A DNA stretch of 64,000 nucleotides from Lama glama. Its lineage: Eukaryota. Below, piece after piece: positions 53,775 through 64,000 of the stretch. Every line of letters begins with the position of its first letter. The stretch's first letter is position 1. Under the pieces are notes generated by a model. The model made no database searches and was not told the origin of the DNA. It saw nothing but the letters and a program-made list of their open reading frames with translations. A program made the translations under genes and the position numbers. The stretch is from contig CM052816.1 in NCBI GenBank assembly GCA_028534125.1, positions 31,126,001-31,190,000 on the forward strand. The letters run 5' to 3'.

Positions 53775-53801
53775 CGGCGGCGGCGGCGGCGGCGGCGGCG
53801 G
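53775..53801 (-). repeat. (CCG)9 trinucleotide repeat just 5' of the LVRN start codon
   Basis: Nine uninterrupted CGG units on the + strand. Confidence 0.95.
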
Positions 53802-53806
53802 GTCAA

Positions 53807-53869
53807 ACCCCCGGCCCGGATGCTCAGTGATGGGACCCCCGGCCCGGATGCTCAGTGATGGGACCCCCG
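53807..53869. repeat. Perfect 28-bp tandem duplication (2.25 copies)
   Basis: ACCCCCGGCCCGGATGCTCAGTGATGGG at 53807-53834 and 53835-53862, followed by ACCCCCG. Confidence 0.95.
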
Positions 53870-56119
53870 CCCCTTCTCTCTTGTACCGTCCCTTCCTCCT
53901 CTTCGAAGAGCCTGGGAGACGGGAGAGAGTGGTTGGGACTGCGCTTTCCCTTCCAGCTAATCAGATCCAGGTCCCTGCCTACCCACCCCCGCCCCCGCCG
54001 GGGCCCGGGGAAGAGGCGGACCCTTTCGCAACCAAGCGCGCGCTTCTTTGGGTCTGAAGGGAAAGACTTGGCAGAAGAGGCTTCCACAGTCGGCGCGGGG
54101 AAGAGAGGGTCGAATCAAACTAATTTGGGCACCTCGACGGGGATATCTGGATTCACGGGATTTGCTGGATGTGCCCTGGTGCGGTTTCCGGTGTTGTGGG
54201 AAAAGAGACAAGTACAAAGCACCCTCAGCTCCTTGACTGTAGCGACAAGCTGCTGGCCGCACACCTGCTGGCCACCATCCAGAGATTCGTGCGCTAGGGA
54301 GTAGGGTGGAGGGTTACGGACCCGGCCTTCGGCGGACGTGCTCTGCAGTGACCCTGCAAGGGACAGCCGCTCCCTCTGAACTAACTTCCGAGCCAAATTT
54401 TGGCCCTAAATTCGCCTCCTGAGTAAGCTCGGGACTCAGGCGGCCCAGGCAGCGAGTGCAAGGCTAGACACAGGGTCGGGAGCGTACCGGAGCCTTTTCC
54501 AAGCTTGGAAGTGGGGCTGGAATCTGGGACAACAGAAGCCAGAGAGCGTGAAGTGTGCGTCTCCGGGTGAAGGAGAGGGAAGGGCTGCTTTACCTCGGGA
54601 AGGGACAGGGCGGGAAGCCGTCTTTTAGCTCCGCAAGTACGGGGAACCAGGTTTCCCGTCCTGGAGCTGGGTCTGGCTCTCCACATCCCTGTCCGAAGAA
54701 AGAGGACGTCCTGCTCTCAAAACCCGCCGGTTTCAAGCAGAGAATAAGACAGTTCGGCGGCCAGCATTTCCACTCGGAAACCGCCGGCTGGAATTCATCT
54801 CCCAGGCGGTGCCCTAGTCGGTGAGGTCTTTGGCATCCTGGGCATCTGTTTGCTATTTATCGGGTACTCCTGGGAGAGTTCCCCGTCCTGTGAGCCGAGT
54901 TCTGAATCTGCACGCACGCAATCGGGTGAAGACGGAATGGGGCTGGAGGTGCTACGGAAGAGGGAAGATGGGTACTTAAGGATCCTACTGTGGGCTGATT
55001 TATTTGAACTTATCCTGTCTTTAGTCTCCAGTTCTTTTTTCTTTTTTTTCAAAATGGAGAGAATTTTTCCGTCTCAGCCATAAAACGGTATTCGTTTTTC
55101 CGCTTGGACCTTTATCTCCCTTCCAGTGAGGAAACCCTTCCAATCTGAGGTCAAATACAGGGTAAACCCAGGTGATTCTCCTGAGAAATGTGATCGTCCC
55201 CACTCTTAGAACTGAAATTAAACACATTAACAAAAAGACCTCCGAAACAAGACATAGAGGAGAAAGCAGATTTGGCACTAAGTTCATGCAGTTGGTTATA
55301 CTGTAATCTGTGGACCAGTTTCTTGATTACAGGTTTGATTTGCTTTCCTCAGAAACTGAACAATCATATTTAAAAGTAATTATGACCACATGCATCACTC
55401 CTAGAAGATTCTGGGTAAAGCTGAGGGAGGAGAAGCTCCATCTGTTTCCCTCTGCATGACTGACCACCTGTCAGGCTGTCAGAATTGTGATCTGCTAAGC
55501 TAGCAGGGGCCTCTAGGTGTAGGTCATTGTCAGATGGGGGTTGCCACAGACACAGAGCTACTTAATTACTGGCCTTACCACTCCCTGGATAACTTCTTGA
55601 AGGATTTTGATGGATTCCAGACTTCCAGAGAAAGGTTAAAAAACAAAGAAAAGAAAAGAAAAAGTCAGTAACAGAACTACTTCAGATTCGTATTAGAGGT
55701 GTCCCTCCCCTCAATTTTAAATTAAAACACTACTGAAAGTGTATACACGAACGGAATTATTTAATACCCTTTCCCTAATATTATTAAAGAAATAGAGATT
55801 GGTTCCTACACGGCTTCAAAGTAATAAAATCACATCAAATGATTGAGCAACTTAAATATATTATTAAAGGGAAAATATTTTTGATAAATCATTAATGTCA
55901 CTCAAAAGAAGTTGCAAAAATACTGGCTGAATCACGCTTATGTTAATAATTTTAAAAAGTACTGGAAAATACTATTATATGAAATAGTTGAAGTCTCAAT
56001 GAACTAGTAGTTCTGGGGTTACTATAAGTTGCCCGGAAAACATTCACTGGAAAATTAAAAAGAAACAAATTGTAATGAGTTGCTCAGAAAATCTACTTAG
56101 TCTTTAGATCAGGTAAATC

Positions 56120-56330
56120 AGTGATTCACAACTAGGGGCACTTTTGGTGCCCTCCGCCCCTGGACATTTGGCAATGGTTAGAGGCATTTTTGGTTGTCAC
56201 AACGTTGCAGGGGTGATGCTCCTGGTATCTAATTAGTATAGGCCAAGGATACTGCTAAACATCCCACAATGCACAGGACAGCCCCCTACAACCACCCAAA
56301 ATGTCATCACTGCTGATCTTCAGAAACCCT
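56120..56330. mobile_element. MER20-like hAT-Charlie element
   Basis: GGACATTTGGCAATG...TTTTTGGTTGTCACAAC...TGCTAAACATCCCACAATGCACAGGACAGCCCCC. Confidence 0.85.
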
Positions 56331-57429
56331 AAGCTAAAGCAATAATCCAAGCTTTCATATGTTACCCAAGAGAAACTTCTTTGTATCTTGTGGCACTATT
56401 TACTTTTGTTATTTATGTTTATTATTTGGCATGTCTATTATTTTTCCATCTTTATTTCTTGGTACTTATCATAAACCTCTATAATACCTTATTATCCCCA
56501 TTGGGCCACATGACCTAAATTTTCTTTTCCTTTTTTCTTCATTTACTTTGAAAATTTAATTGTTTGAATGAGTAATATATTCACAAGTTTCAAAAATCAA
56601 AATAATATGAAAATTTATATCTTATTTCCATCACTTCTATAGTTAATAGTTTTTAACAGTTTTTTTGTGTATTCCTTCAGTGCTTCCTTACACAAACCAA
56701 GCAAATACAATTGTATGCCCTTGTATTTCTCCTCTTTCCTACTTAAAAAAAATAGTATACTAAATATGCAATTCTGTTCCACTAAGCTGTACAACTTCAG
56801 ACATGTGGTTTGATGCTTTTAACCTGTCTTTCTTTGTATGTGTCATACTGTTTGTGAATATTAGATAATGCATTATAGAAAACAAGTAGTGCACACTAAA
56901 ACTTAATAAAAGTTTGCTTTCTGTAAAAATAAATAAATAAATATGCGATTCTGCACTTTGCATTTTCATTTAACAATATATCCTGGATGTCTTTCAGATC
57001 AGTTCACAGATATCTTTCACATTCTTTCTATAGTTTCATAGTATTATATTGTATGTACAGACCATTGCAAAGATTTTCCCCAGTTTGGTTACTTGAGAGG
57101 ATTCACCAGCCTCCATGGAGTATCTTCACTTAAGCTTTTATTAAAGAAAAAGAACATGGTGCAGCAACAGAGAGAGTTTAGGCAAGCACTGGAGTCAGAG
57201 AGACATCCCATGTGCTAGCTCTTCATGGGCCCTTATTTGCATAAGTGGGCCATGCTATGTCACCAGCTTGAACCACCAAGGTCTGTGAAAGGAATCTTGT
57301 TTACAGAAAGCTCAAAGAAGAAACTCTTAGAGAAGCCCTTTAAATAACCAAGCCAGGTTAGTCAGACCCATAAATCTGGTTGTAAACCATCAGTAAAGAA
57401 ACTAACCCTAGAGGACTCCAGGGAAAATT

Positions 57430-59880
57430 TCAGACCTTAAAAAGCATATCATAAATTGATCGAGTCAAAACCCAGATATCCAGAAGTAAGGTAGACCCAA
57501 GATCACTGAAAATCTTCTCCTCTATGTAAGCAATATGAACACTGGGAACATTGTCAGAATTAACTATTTCAGAACTCTGCAAAGTAACCAAAAGCCTGCA
57601 GCAATTGAGACAGTGTTTGTTCAAGAAAAACAACCAAATCTCAGAAAAAAAAACAAAAACAAAAACAAAAAACCAAACAGTGATCTTTATGGCATTTTAA
57701 CTTGCTTTATTCTCATTTTCCTCTCCTCAGCTCTGCAGTAGCCTTAAAAGTCAACAGTCTGCTATCATGGTGAAAACCAGCAGTCTGGCAGCCACTGGAT
57801 GAAACATAAAAGCGTTAAAAGTCCTTCAAAACCTCATTCGCAGAGAATTTTCATTATTTGAACTATCTGGTGATTCCCTGGACGACCCTACTCTCGTAGC
57901 TGTCTTTATTGACCTGATTCAGAGTTCACCCAATGCAAACAGCCTTCTCCCAGGGGCATAGATTGAAAATAATCATAGGTGATTGTTTAACATTGCAACT
58001 GCCTCAGTTGGGCAAACAATTGAGGTAAACATTAAGTTCAACAGAAACCTTAAAAGGAAAAGATCAGAAGTCAGATATCCATAGAAGGCTTTGAAAAGCT
58101 CCAATATATTCCTGAAAATCAAGAAGGTCACATGCATGTATAAAGCTATGCACATGACTAAGGCTGTACACATGCTCAGAAAAGAACTGAGAAGGCCCTA
58201 AGCTGTCACATTAGCTGATCTTGAGACATCGCTCAAGGAAGATGTGAAAGCTATGGCAGAGTCTTGTTACAAATCTAACATGCTCAACAAATTTTAAATT
58301 GGGTAAACTCAGAGAAAGCCACACTGAGACTTATTATAACCAAACTGTCAATAGCCAAGGCAAAGAATCTTGCAAGCAACAAGATAGAAGTGATTTGTCA
58401 CATACAAGGGATTCCCAACAGGACTATGAGCTGACTTCTCATTAGAAATGTTAGGGACTAGAAAGCAGTAGGTTGGCATAGTCGAAATGCTGAAAGAAAA
58501 AAACTGTCAGTCTATAATTCTGTATCAAGCAAAACTGCCCTTTGAAGTTGAGGGAGAAATAAGACATTCCCCAATAAACAAAAGCTGAGAGAGTTTGTTA
58601 TCATTATATCTTCCCAGTAAGAAATGCTAACAGGAGTCCAAATTAGGATGAAAGGACTAGGCAGTTACTAGGCAGTAAATGTTTCATATAAAAGTCAATT
58701 AAACACAAAAGAAGGCAGTAATGGGGGAAAGTAAAAAAACTATACGGCATTAAGAAATTATAGCAAAATGACAAAAGAAAATCCATTCTTATAGGTAATT
58801 ACTTTAAATGTAAATTAAACTCTCCAACCAAAAGACAGAGATTAGCAGAATGGATTTTTTAAAAACATGATTTATCTATATGCTGTCTACAAGAGATTTG
58901 CTTTAGATCTAAAGACTCATGTTGAAAGTAAAAGGAGGGAAAAAGATACTCCATGGAAATAGTAACTAAAAGAGAGCTGAGGGGGCTATACTAATATGAG
59001 AAAAAACAGACTCTAAATCAAAAAAGTTTACAAGAGACAAAGATGGATATTTACTACAGCAAGAAGATATAATAATTATAAACTTTCACACATCTATAGC
59101 ATATCCAAAATTGACAGAATTGAAGGGGGGAACCAGGCAGTTCTACAGTAATAGTTAAAGACTTCAATATACCACTGTCAGTATGGATAGATCAATCAGA
59201 CATATGATAAGTAAGGAAACAGAAGACTTAGCATAGTAAACCAAATTAGGCCTACCAAGCATATATATACAACACTCCACCCAAACAACGGCAGAATACA
59301 TATTCTTTTCAAGAACACCTGAGATTTCTCCATGGATAGTCCAGTAATGGATGTTAGGTCAGAAAACAATTTTCTTGTTTTTTTTAATTGAGCAGACATT
59401 TCTCCATGGAAGCTATGCAAAGACTAATAAGCACATAAAAAGATACTTAACATCATTAGTCATTAGGAAAATGCAAATCAAAATCAAAATGAGATACTAC
59501 TTCATATCTACAAGAATAGCTGTAATAAAAAACAAAAACAAAAATAAAAAACAAAAAGTATGGACAAGGATATGGAGAAATTGGAACCTTCATGCATTGC
59601 TGGAGGGAATGTAAAATGTCCATCAACAGATGAATATATAAACAAAATGTGGTATATACATATAACAGAATATTATTCAATCATAAAAAGGATTGAAATT
59701 TTGATGTATGCTACAACAAGAGTGGACCTAGAACACATTATGCTGGGTGAAATAAGTCAGACACAGAAGGATAAACATTGTATGATGGTATAAAGTTATA
59801 TGAGGCACACGGAAGAGGCAAATACAGAGACAGAAAATAGATTAGAGGTCACTAGTTGCTGCGGTGGGAGGGAAAATACT
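57430..59880 (+). mobile_element. Degenerate, internally deleted old L1 (5'UTR, ORF1, start of ORF2, 3' end)
   Basis: ORF1-like tract at 58300-58640, endonuclease-like tract at 58790-59350, 3' end at 59400-59880. Confidence 0.7.
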
Positions 59881-59911
59881 AAATAAATATTTATTCTTAA
59901 AAAAGGAAAAG

Positions 59912-60080
59912 ATGAAGCAGCAAGTGCTGATGTAAAAGCTGCAGCAGGTTATCCAGAAGAGCTAGCTAAGATAATGAATGGTGGCTACACTAAACAGATT
60001 TTCAATGTAGACGAAATAGCCTTCTGTTGGAAGAAGATGCCATCAAGGACTTTCAGAGCTAGAGAGAAGGAATCAATGCT
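59912..60080 (+). mobile_element. Tigger1 transposase fragment
   Basis: Translates as [20 protein letters not shown]...[27 protein letters not shown], matching pogo/Tigger DDE start. Confidence 0.8.
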
Positions 60081-61544
60081 TGACTCTCTGTATCTCCAAG
60101 GTACGACTCTAGAAGAAATAAGAAAAAAGAAATAAAACACTACTATCACCCCCCACCAAATCTTTTCCCAATGATAAAGTCCTCTCTCCCTGCCAAAAAA
60201 CAAACAAACAAACAAACAAACAAAACCCCACCAGCCCCAATGCCCAGTTCTCTGACACTGAATATCTACTCAGGAGACTCTAGTGCCCAAAGGCTTTGCT
60301 GCTTCCTGTCTCTGTCCCCACTTAACACACTTTCATCTGCGGCAATAATACTACCTCAGATGCAACATGTCACTCCCTGGATACCTTCCCAACTCACTGT
60401 TAAATCCAATGTCATAAAGACTTCCTCCAATGTTTTCTTTAATGAGTTTTATATTTGTAGCTCTTATATTTAGGTCTTTGATGCATTTTGAGTTGTTTGT
60501 TTGTTTGTAAATGCATAAGGTAAGGTTCCAATTTCATTCTTTTTGCACGTAGATATCCAGGCAGGGGAAGAGCAAGCGGCTCCCAGTATACTTCTAGGCA
60601 GGCGGATTTGCCCTGTCTCTGACTGCAGGAATGTGTAGTAACTAGAAACTCTGCATAGTAACTAGACTCCTCCAAATTCTATCAATAGTAGTTACTTCTA
60701 ATTTTTGGTGGTGCTATTTTTATCCTCTTCTAAGCTGACTAGGTATTTTAGTGACAAGCTGGGGGAGGGTGCCTCGGGAGCTCTCCTGAGATGCTGTTTT
60801 ACAGAAGACTTTTCTCCATCACATACTTTTATACAAGACATATGCAAATAGCTCTCTTCCCTTCTATACATTAAAGGCATTTCTCATAGAAAGCATGGCT
60901 TGAGTATTAATGAACCACTGAGTCCAGAACCTCACAGCAAATATGTTCAATACATGTTTGTGGAATGAATAATGGGATTCAAGTCGTTAGTTTCCAAGGA
61001 TTTTATTTACCCTACTCTGTCATATTGCACATAATATTTTAGTCACTTTCACTAAGTTAATGTTTTTAAAATGAAGGTCAACTGTGTGTAAACCAACCCT
61101 CTTTCATAAATTGGAAAATACACTTCCTGACCTTGGCAATTTATATGTAATAATTGAGAACAACTGTGAAGAAGAGGAGGATAAATCATGAGCATTTCCT
61201 TCTCTGTACTATCTTGCATATAATCCAGTGTGCAACCAGCATGGGAACCATAAATATGGAAAATAGTGATTTAAAAAAGAAGATGAAGAAAAACACATGA
61301 ATGAGAAAACTATATAACTATATAACTAGGAGAAAACTCCTAGATATAATACCCAAAAGAAGGTATATTAAAATGTGTGTTCGTTTCTTTTTTCAGCCAT
61401 CCATTTAATCACATAAAATTAACACAAAACCTGAGCTTCAATAAAATATTTCATTTGGTTGCTTGTTTACTTAGACGCGAAGTTAGGGATTACAGGAGAA
61501 CTCAGTTTGCACAAAGCAGTCAGTTGTCATATAAGCCCTGCTGT

Positions 61545-61995
61545 ATTATTAGTTAAGGTTTAGGCTATGTTGCTGTAGCAAAGGGGTCCAAAGAAGCAGT
61601 GGCCACAGCAAGACAGAAATGTATTTCTTCACACGATAGTCCAGTGGAGAGTGGAGGATCCAGATGGGCAGTTGGTTCTCTTCCGTGACATCATCCAACC
61701 CCCAAGGAGGTGGTCTTTGCTCACACGCTCAACAGTGACTCACCAGCACCACAACTGCATCCTGGCCCCAAGAAAGAAAAAGGTAGAAAGTGGAGGGCAA
61801 GTGTTTTCGTTCAGGAATGAGATGCAGATGTGTTGCACATGTCTTTTTTGTTCATATTCCAACGGTAAGGAAATCACATGGCCATATCTGGCTCGAAGGA
61901 AAACTAGATTTTTTCTAACATTCTATGGGATGATGTCTATTACTTAAAGGAAGAAAGAAAGAACAGACATTGGAAGACAATTACCAGTCTTTTCT
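61545..61995 (-). mobile_element. MaLR MLT1-like LTR remnant
   Basis: ATTAGTTAAGG..TAGGCTATGTTGCTGTAGCAAA...CACATGGCCATATCTGGC. Confidence 0.5.
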
Positions 61996-62714
61996 ACACT
62001 TGAGGAAAAAAATAGTCTTGTATAGTCATTCTTACTTCAAGATTTAACTAAAATACTTATAAGGAGGAAGACACCACACAAAGCTAAACCTCAGGGGAAA
62101 TGTTGCATAGTGCCAACCATTATTTTTATCTAAGGATGCAAGGGAAACACTCTCAGAGTGATTATTATTTGTCACACAGTTCGTGAGACACAGGAAAACA
62201 CTGAAGTTCACCCAGAAGTGGATCTCAGACCTGCCAGCTGCAACTTGAGTTCTCCAGTGTTCTCTCTAAAACTGCCACTCCACCCTACTTCCTTTGCCTT
62301 GAGGAGGCGGGAGTTTTACTAAGCACTGTTCTATAATTGGCATCTCACGCAGCCTGCCCCAAGGCCAGAAGACCCTTATTGGCATCAAGTGAAGCTTCAG
62401 CCTTTGTATAAATAAGGATCACCATACAAAAGGAAAACAGGGAAAGTTTTGGAGTTCAGGTAGAGAACTGAAGAGCAAGCTAGGAGTTGGACAATTTCCT
62501 TTCCCTTCCTGGTTCTATTACTACCTCACTAAGAAGCTTTCCCATGGACTAACATGATCAAAATAAGATCAGGAATAATAAACTTTAAAAAAAATTAAAT
62601 CCTAGGAGCATCCCATCAGTAGCCAAAGATAAATTCAGGTAGCAACAGCTAAGATCAACAGAGATTTCATAAAGTTCTGCCCCTGTAGCAGATTTTTGGA
62701 AAAAGATTGGTATC

Positions 62715-64000
62715 TTGGGCTAATTAGTCTCAGTTCCCCATCACCTAATCCAATCTTTGCCCTGTTCTCTGTTCTGGGAGGCTGATCTCTACTAATTGCA
62801 TCAACCAGCCTTTCTTGACCTCTGAGTCCAGTTGGGTTTGACCAAAGGGAGGCATCATCAAGAGATCAGAAAGCAAAAACAGACAAAAGTTGAGGCATTT
62901 CCTCTCCCTGGCTCCTTCTGCAGCTCAGCACCATGATTCTGGCAGGGCCAAGCTCCTACTGAGCAGCTCTATTCCACTGCTCCAACCTTCACCAGGCTCC
63001 AGTAAACCATTTCCTCTTCTCCCTTAAAGTCTATTTAAGCGTGGTAATGACTTCTCATTGTTGTTAGTCCCTTAATTGTGTGCAATGATTCCTTATTGCT
63101 TCCCTTAATCTTGCCCACACCTCCAGAAACAACCCTTTTGTTGAATTCCAGGTAAACCATGGGCTGCACGATCTGGGATTTTTTTGGGACCCGATATCAT
63201 ACTTACACCAGAAATAGTTCCAGAAATAGATTCACAAAATGTGTCTATGGGGTTGGGCAGCTCACATATTTAAAGTGCATATGAATACCTTCCTTGCTGG
63301 GACAGTGTTTACTCGAATTCTCACCAATTTGATAGCATAGGGTGAATTACAGGTAGAAGAGCAAGGCCCTGGGAGATGGGCTGGCTGTAGGAATTAGCTA
63401 TTATGGTCACAATAGTAATTATGAGGATTGTGGATTATTATGGCTTCTTCTGACTGTCCTAAGAGAGCCTCAGCCTTCCCCACACCCAAATAAAAGGAAT
63501 AAGGCTTTAAACTCCCATCTGAGTATAAATGGACAGTCAGAAAATCTCTATGATCACCTTAAAGAAGGCCCTTATCTCATCTAGCTACAAGACCAATACA
63601 CTTTGGATGAGGCCCAGAGTTGCAACGTCAGTTAAATGTGTACCACCACCAGGTCTCTAGGTCTAAGGTAAGGACACTGATTGGGAAGGAGTGAGGTGCT
63701 GAGATGGGACGGGGATCCTTGGACAGACATAGACAAAGCTGAGAATTTCAAATCAGTAGCACCCCCTGAACATTCTTCAGCGCTCTATTCTGTCTGAGGA
63801 AACAACCTCTCCAGGCAGAAAAGGCTTTCTGGAGCAGTTGTCTTGAAAAGGAATATTTAAAGGCCTCACCCACCTACTTCTCGTTGCCTCCAGGCTCAAA
63901 ATGAGCTCCTAAAGTAGCCCAGAGAAACAGGTGCCAGGTCTTCTCCAGGAAGAGGGCCTACACACCCAGGGTCTTTCAGTTTTGTATCAGGAGATGTCTG
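62715..64000 (+). mobile_element. LTR33-like ERVL LTR followed by internal gag-like sequence
   Basis: LTR33-like motifs at 62715 to ~63200; KVRTLIGKE* at 63665 resembles the ERVL/MaLR gag motif KVRALIGKEWD. Confidence 0.65.

Larger units (their letters stand above)
52900..54900. promoter_or_regulatory. CpG island / LVRN promoter and exon 1
   Basis: Sharp rise in GC and CpG density over the AT-rich background; GC boxes (CCCCGCCCC) at 53865 and 53987 upstream of the ATG. Confidence 0.85.

Noticed and set aside
53821..53858. TGCTCAGTGA in the 28-bp unit as an ARE/MARE (NFE2/Maf) site
   Set aside because: Two mismatches to TGCTGAGTCA, both inside the AP-1 core.
53807..53869. Direct repeat of CRISPR-like length (28 bp)
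   Set aside because: Copies are directly adjacent with no spacers, the context is eukaryotic, and there are no cas genes.
52395..54686. Long overlapping ORFs around exon 1 (297 aa, 229 aa antisense, 173 aa with poly-Arg)
   Set aside because: Expected in GC-rich CpG-island DNA with few stops. They are alternative frames of exon 1 or run through MER5A. The poly-R and poly-G runs come from the CGG repeat, and there is no recognisable domain.

Overview
Mammalian genomic DNA, most likely a camelid: it carries Vic-1-like tRNA-derived SINEs and cetartiodactyl-type L1 3' ends, and I saw no Bov-A/BovB, PRE-1 or Alu. The window holds almost all of LVRN (laeverin / aminopeptidase Q / Taqpep), an M1 zinc metallopeptidase and type II membrane protein, on the minus strand. 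I traced coding exons 1-19 by hand from 53748 to 1359. They total 2835 nt (945 codons) and are in frame at every junction with no stops; the last exon lies left of base 1. A CpG-island promoter sits at about 52.9-54.9 kb. The rest is intron or upstream DNA filled with L1, L2, MIR, ERV LTRs and DNA-transposon relics; repeat family names are by-eye recognition and their boundaries are approximate. I found no undescribed biological system. The most notable local features are: an Arg-substituted exopeptidase motif (RAMEN, versus GAMEN in the family and HAMEN in human); a GC-AG intron splitting the zinc-binding motif; a perfect 28-bp tandem duplication plus (CCG)9 just upstream of the ATG; a twin-primed inverted L1 with a perfect 14-bp TSD; and a cluster of NF-kB-like sites in intron 1.
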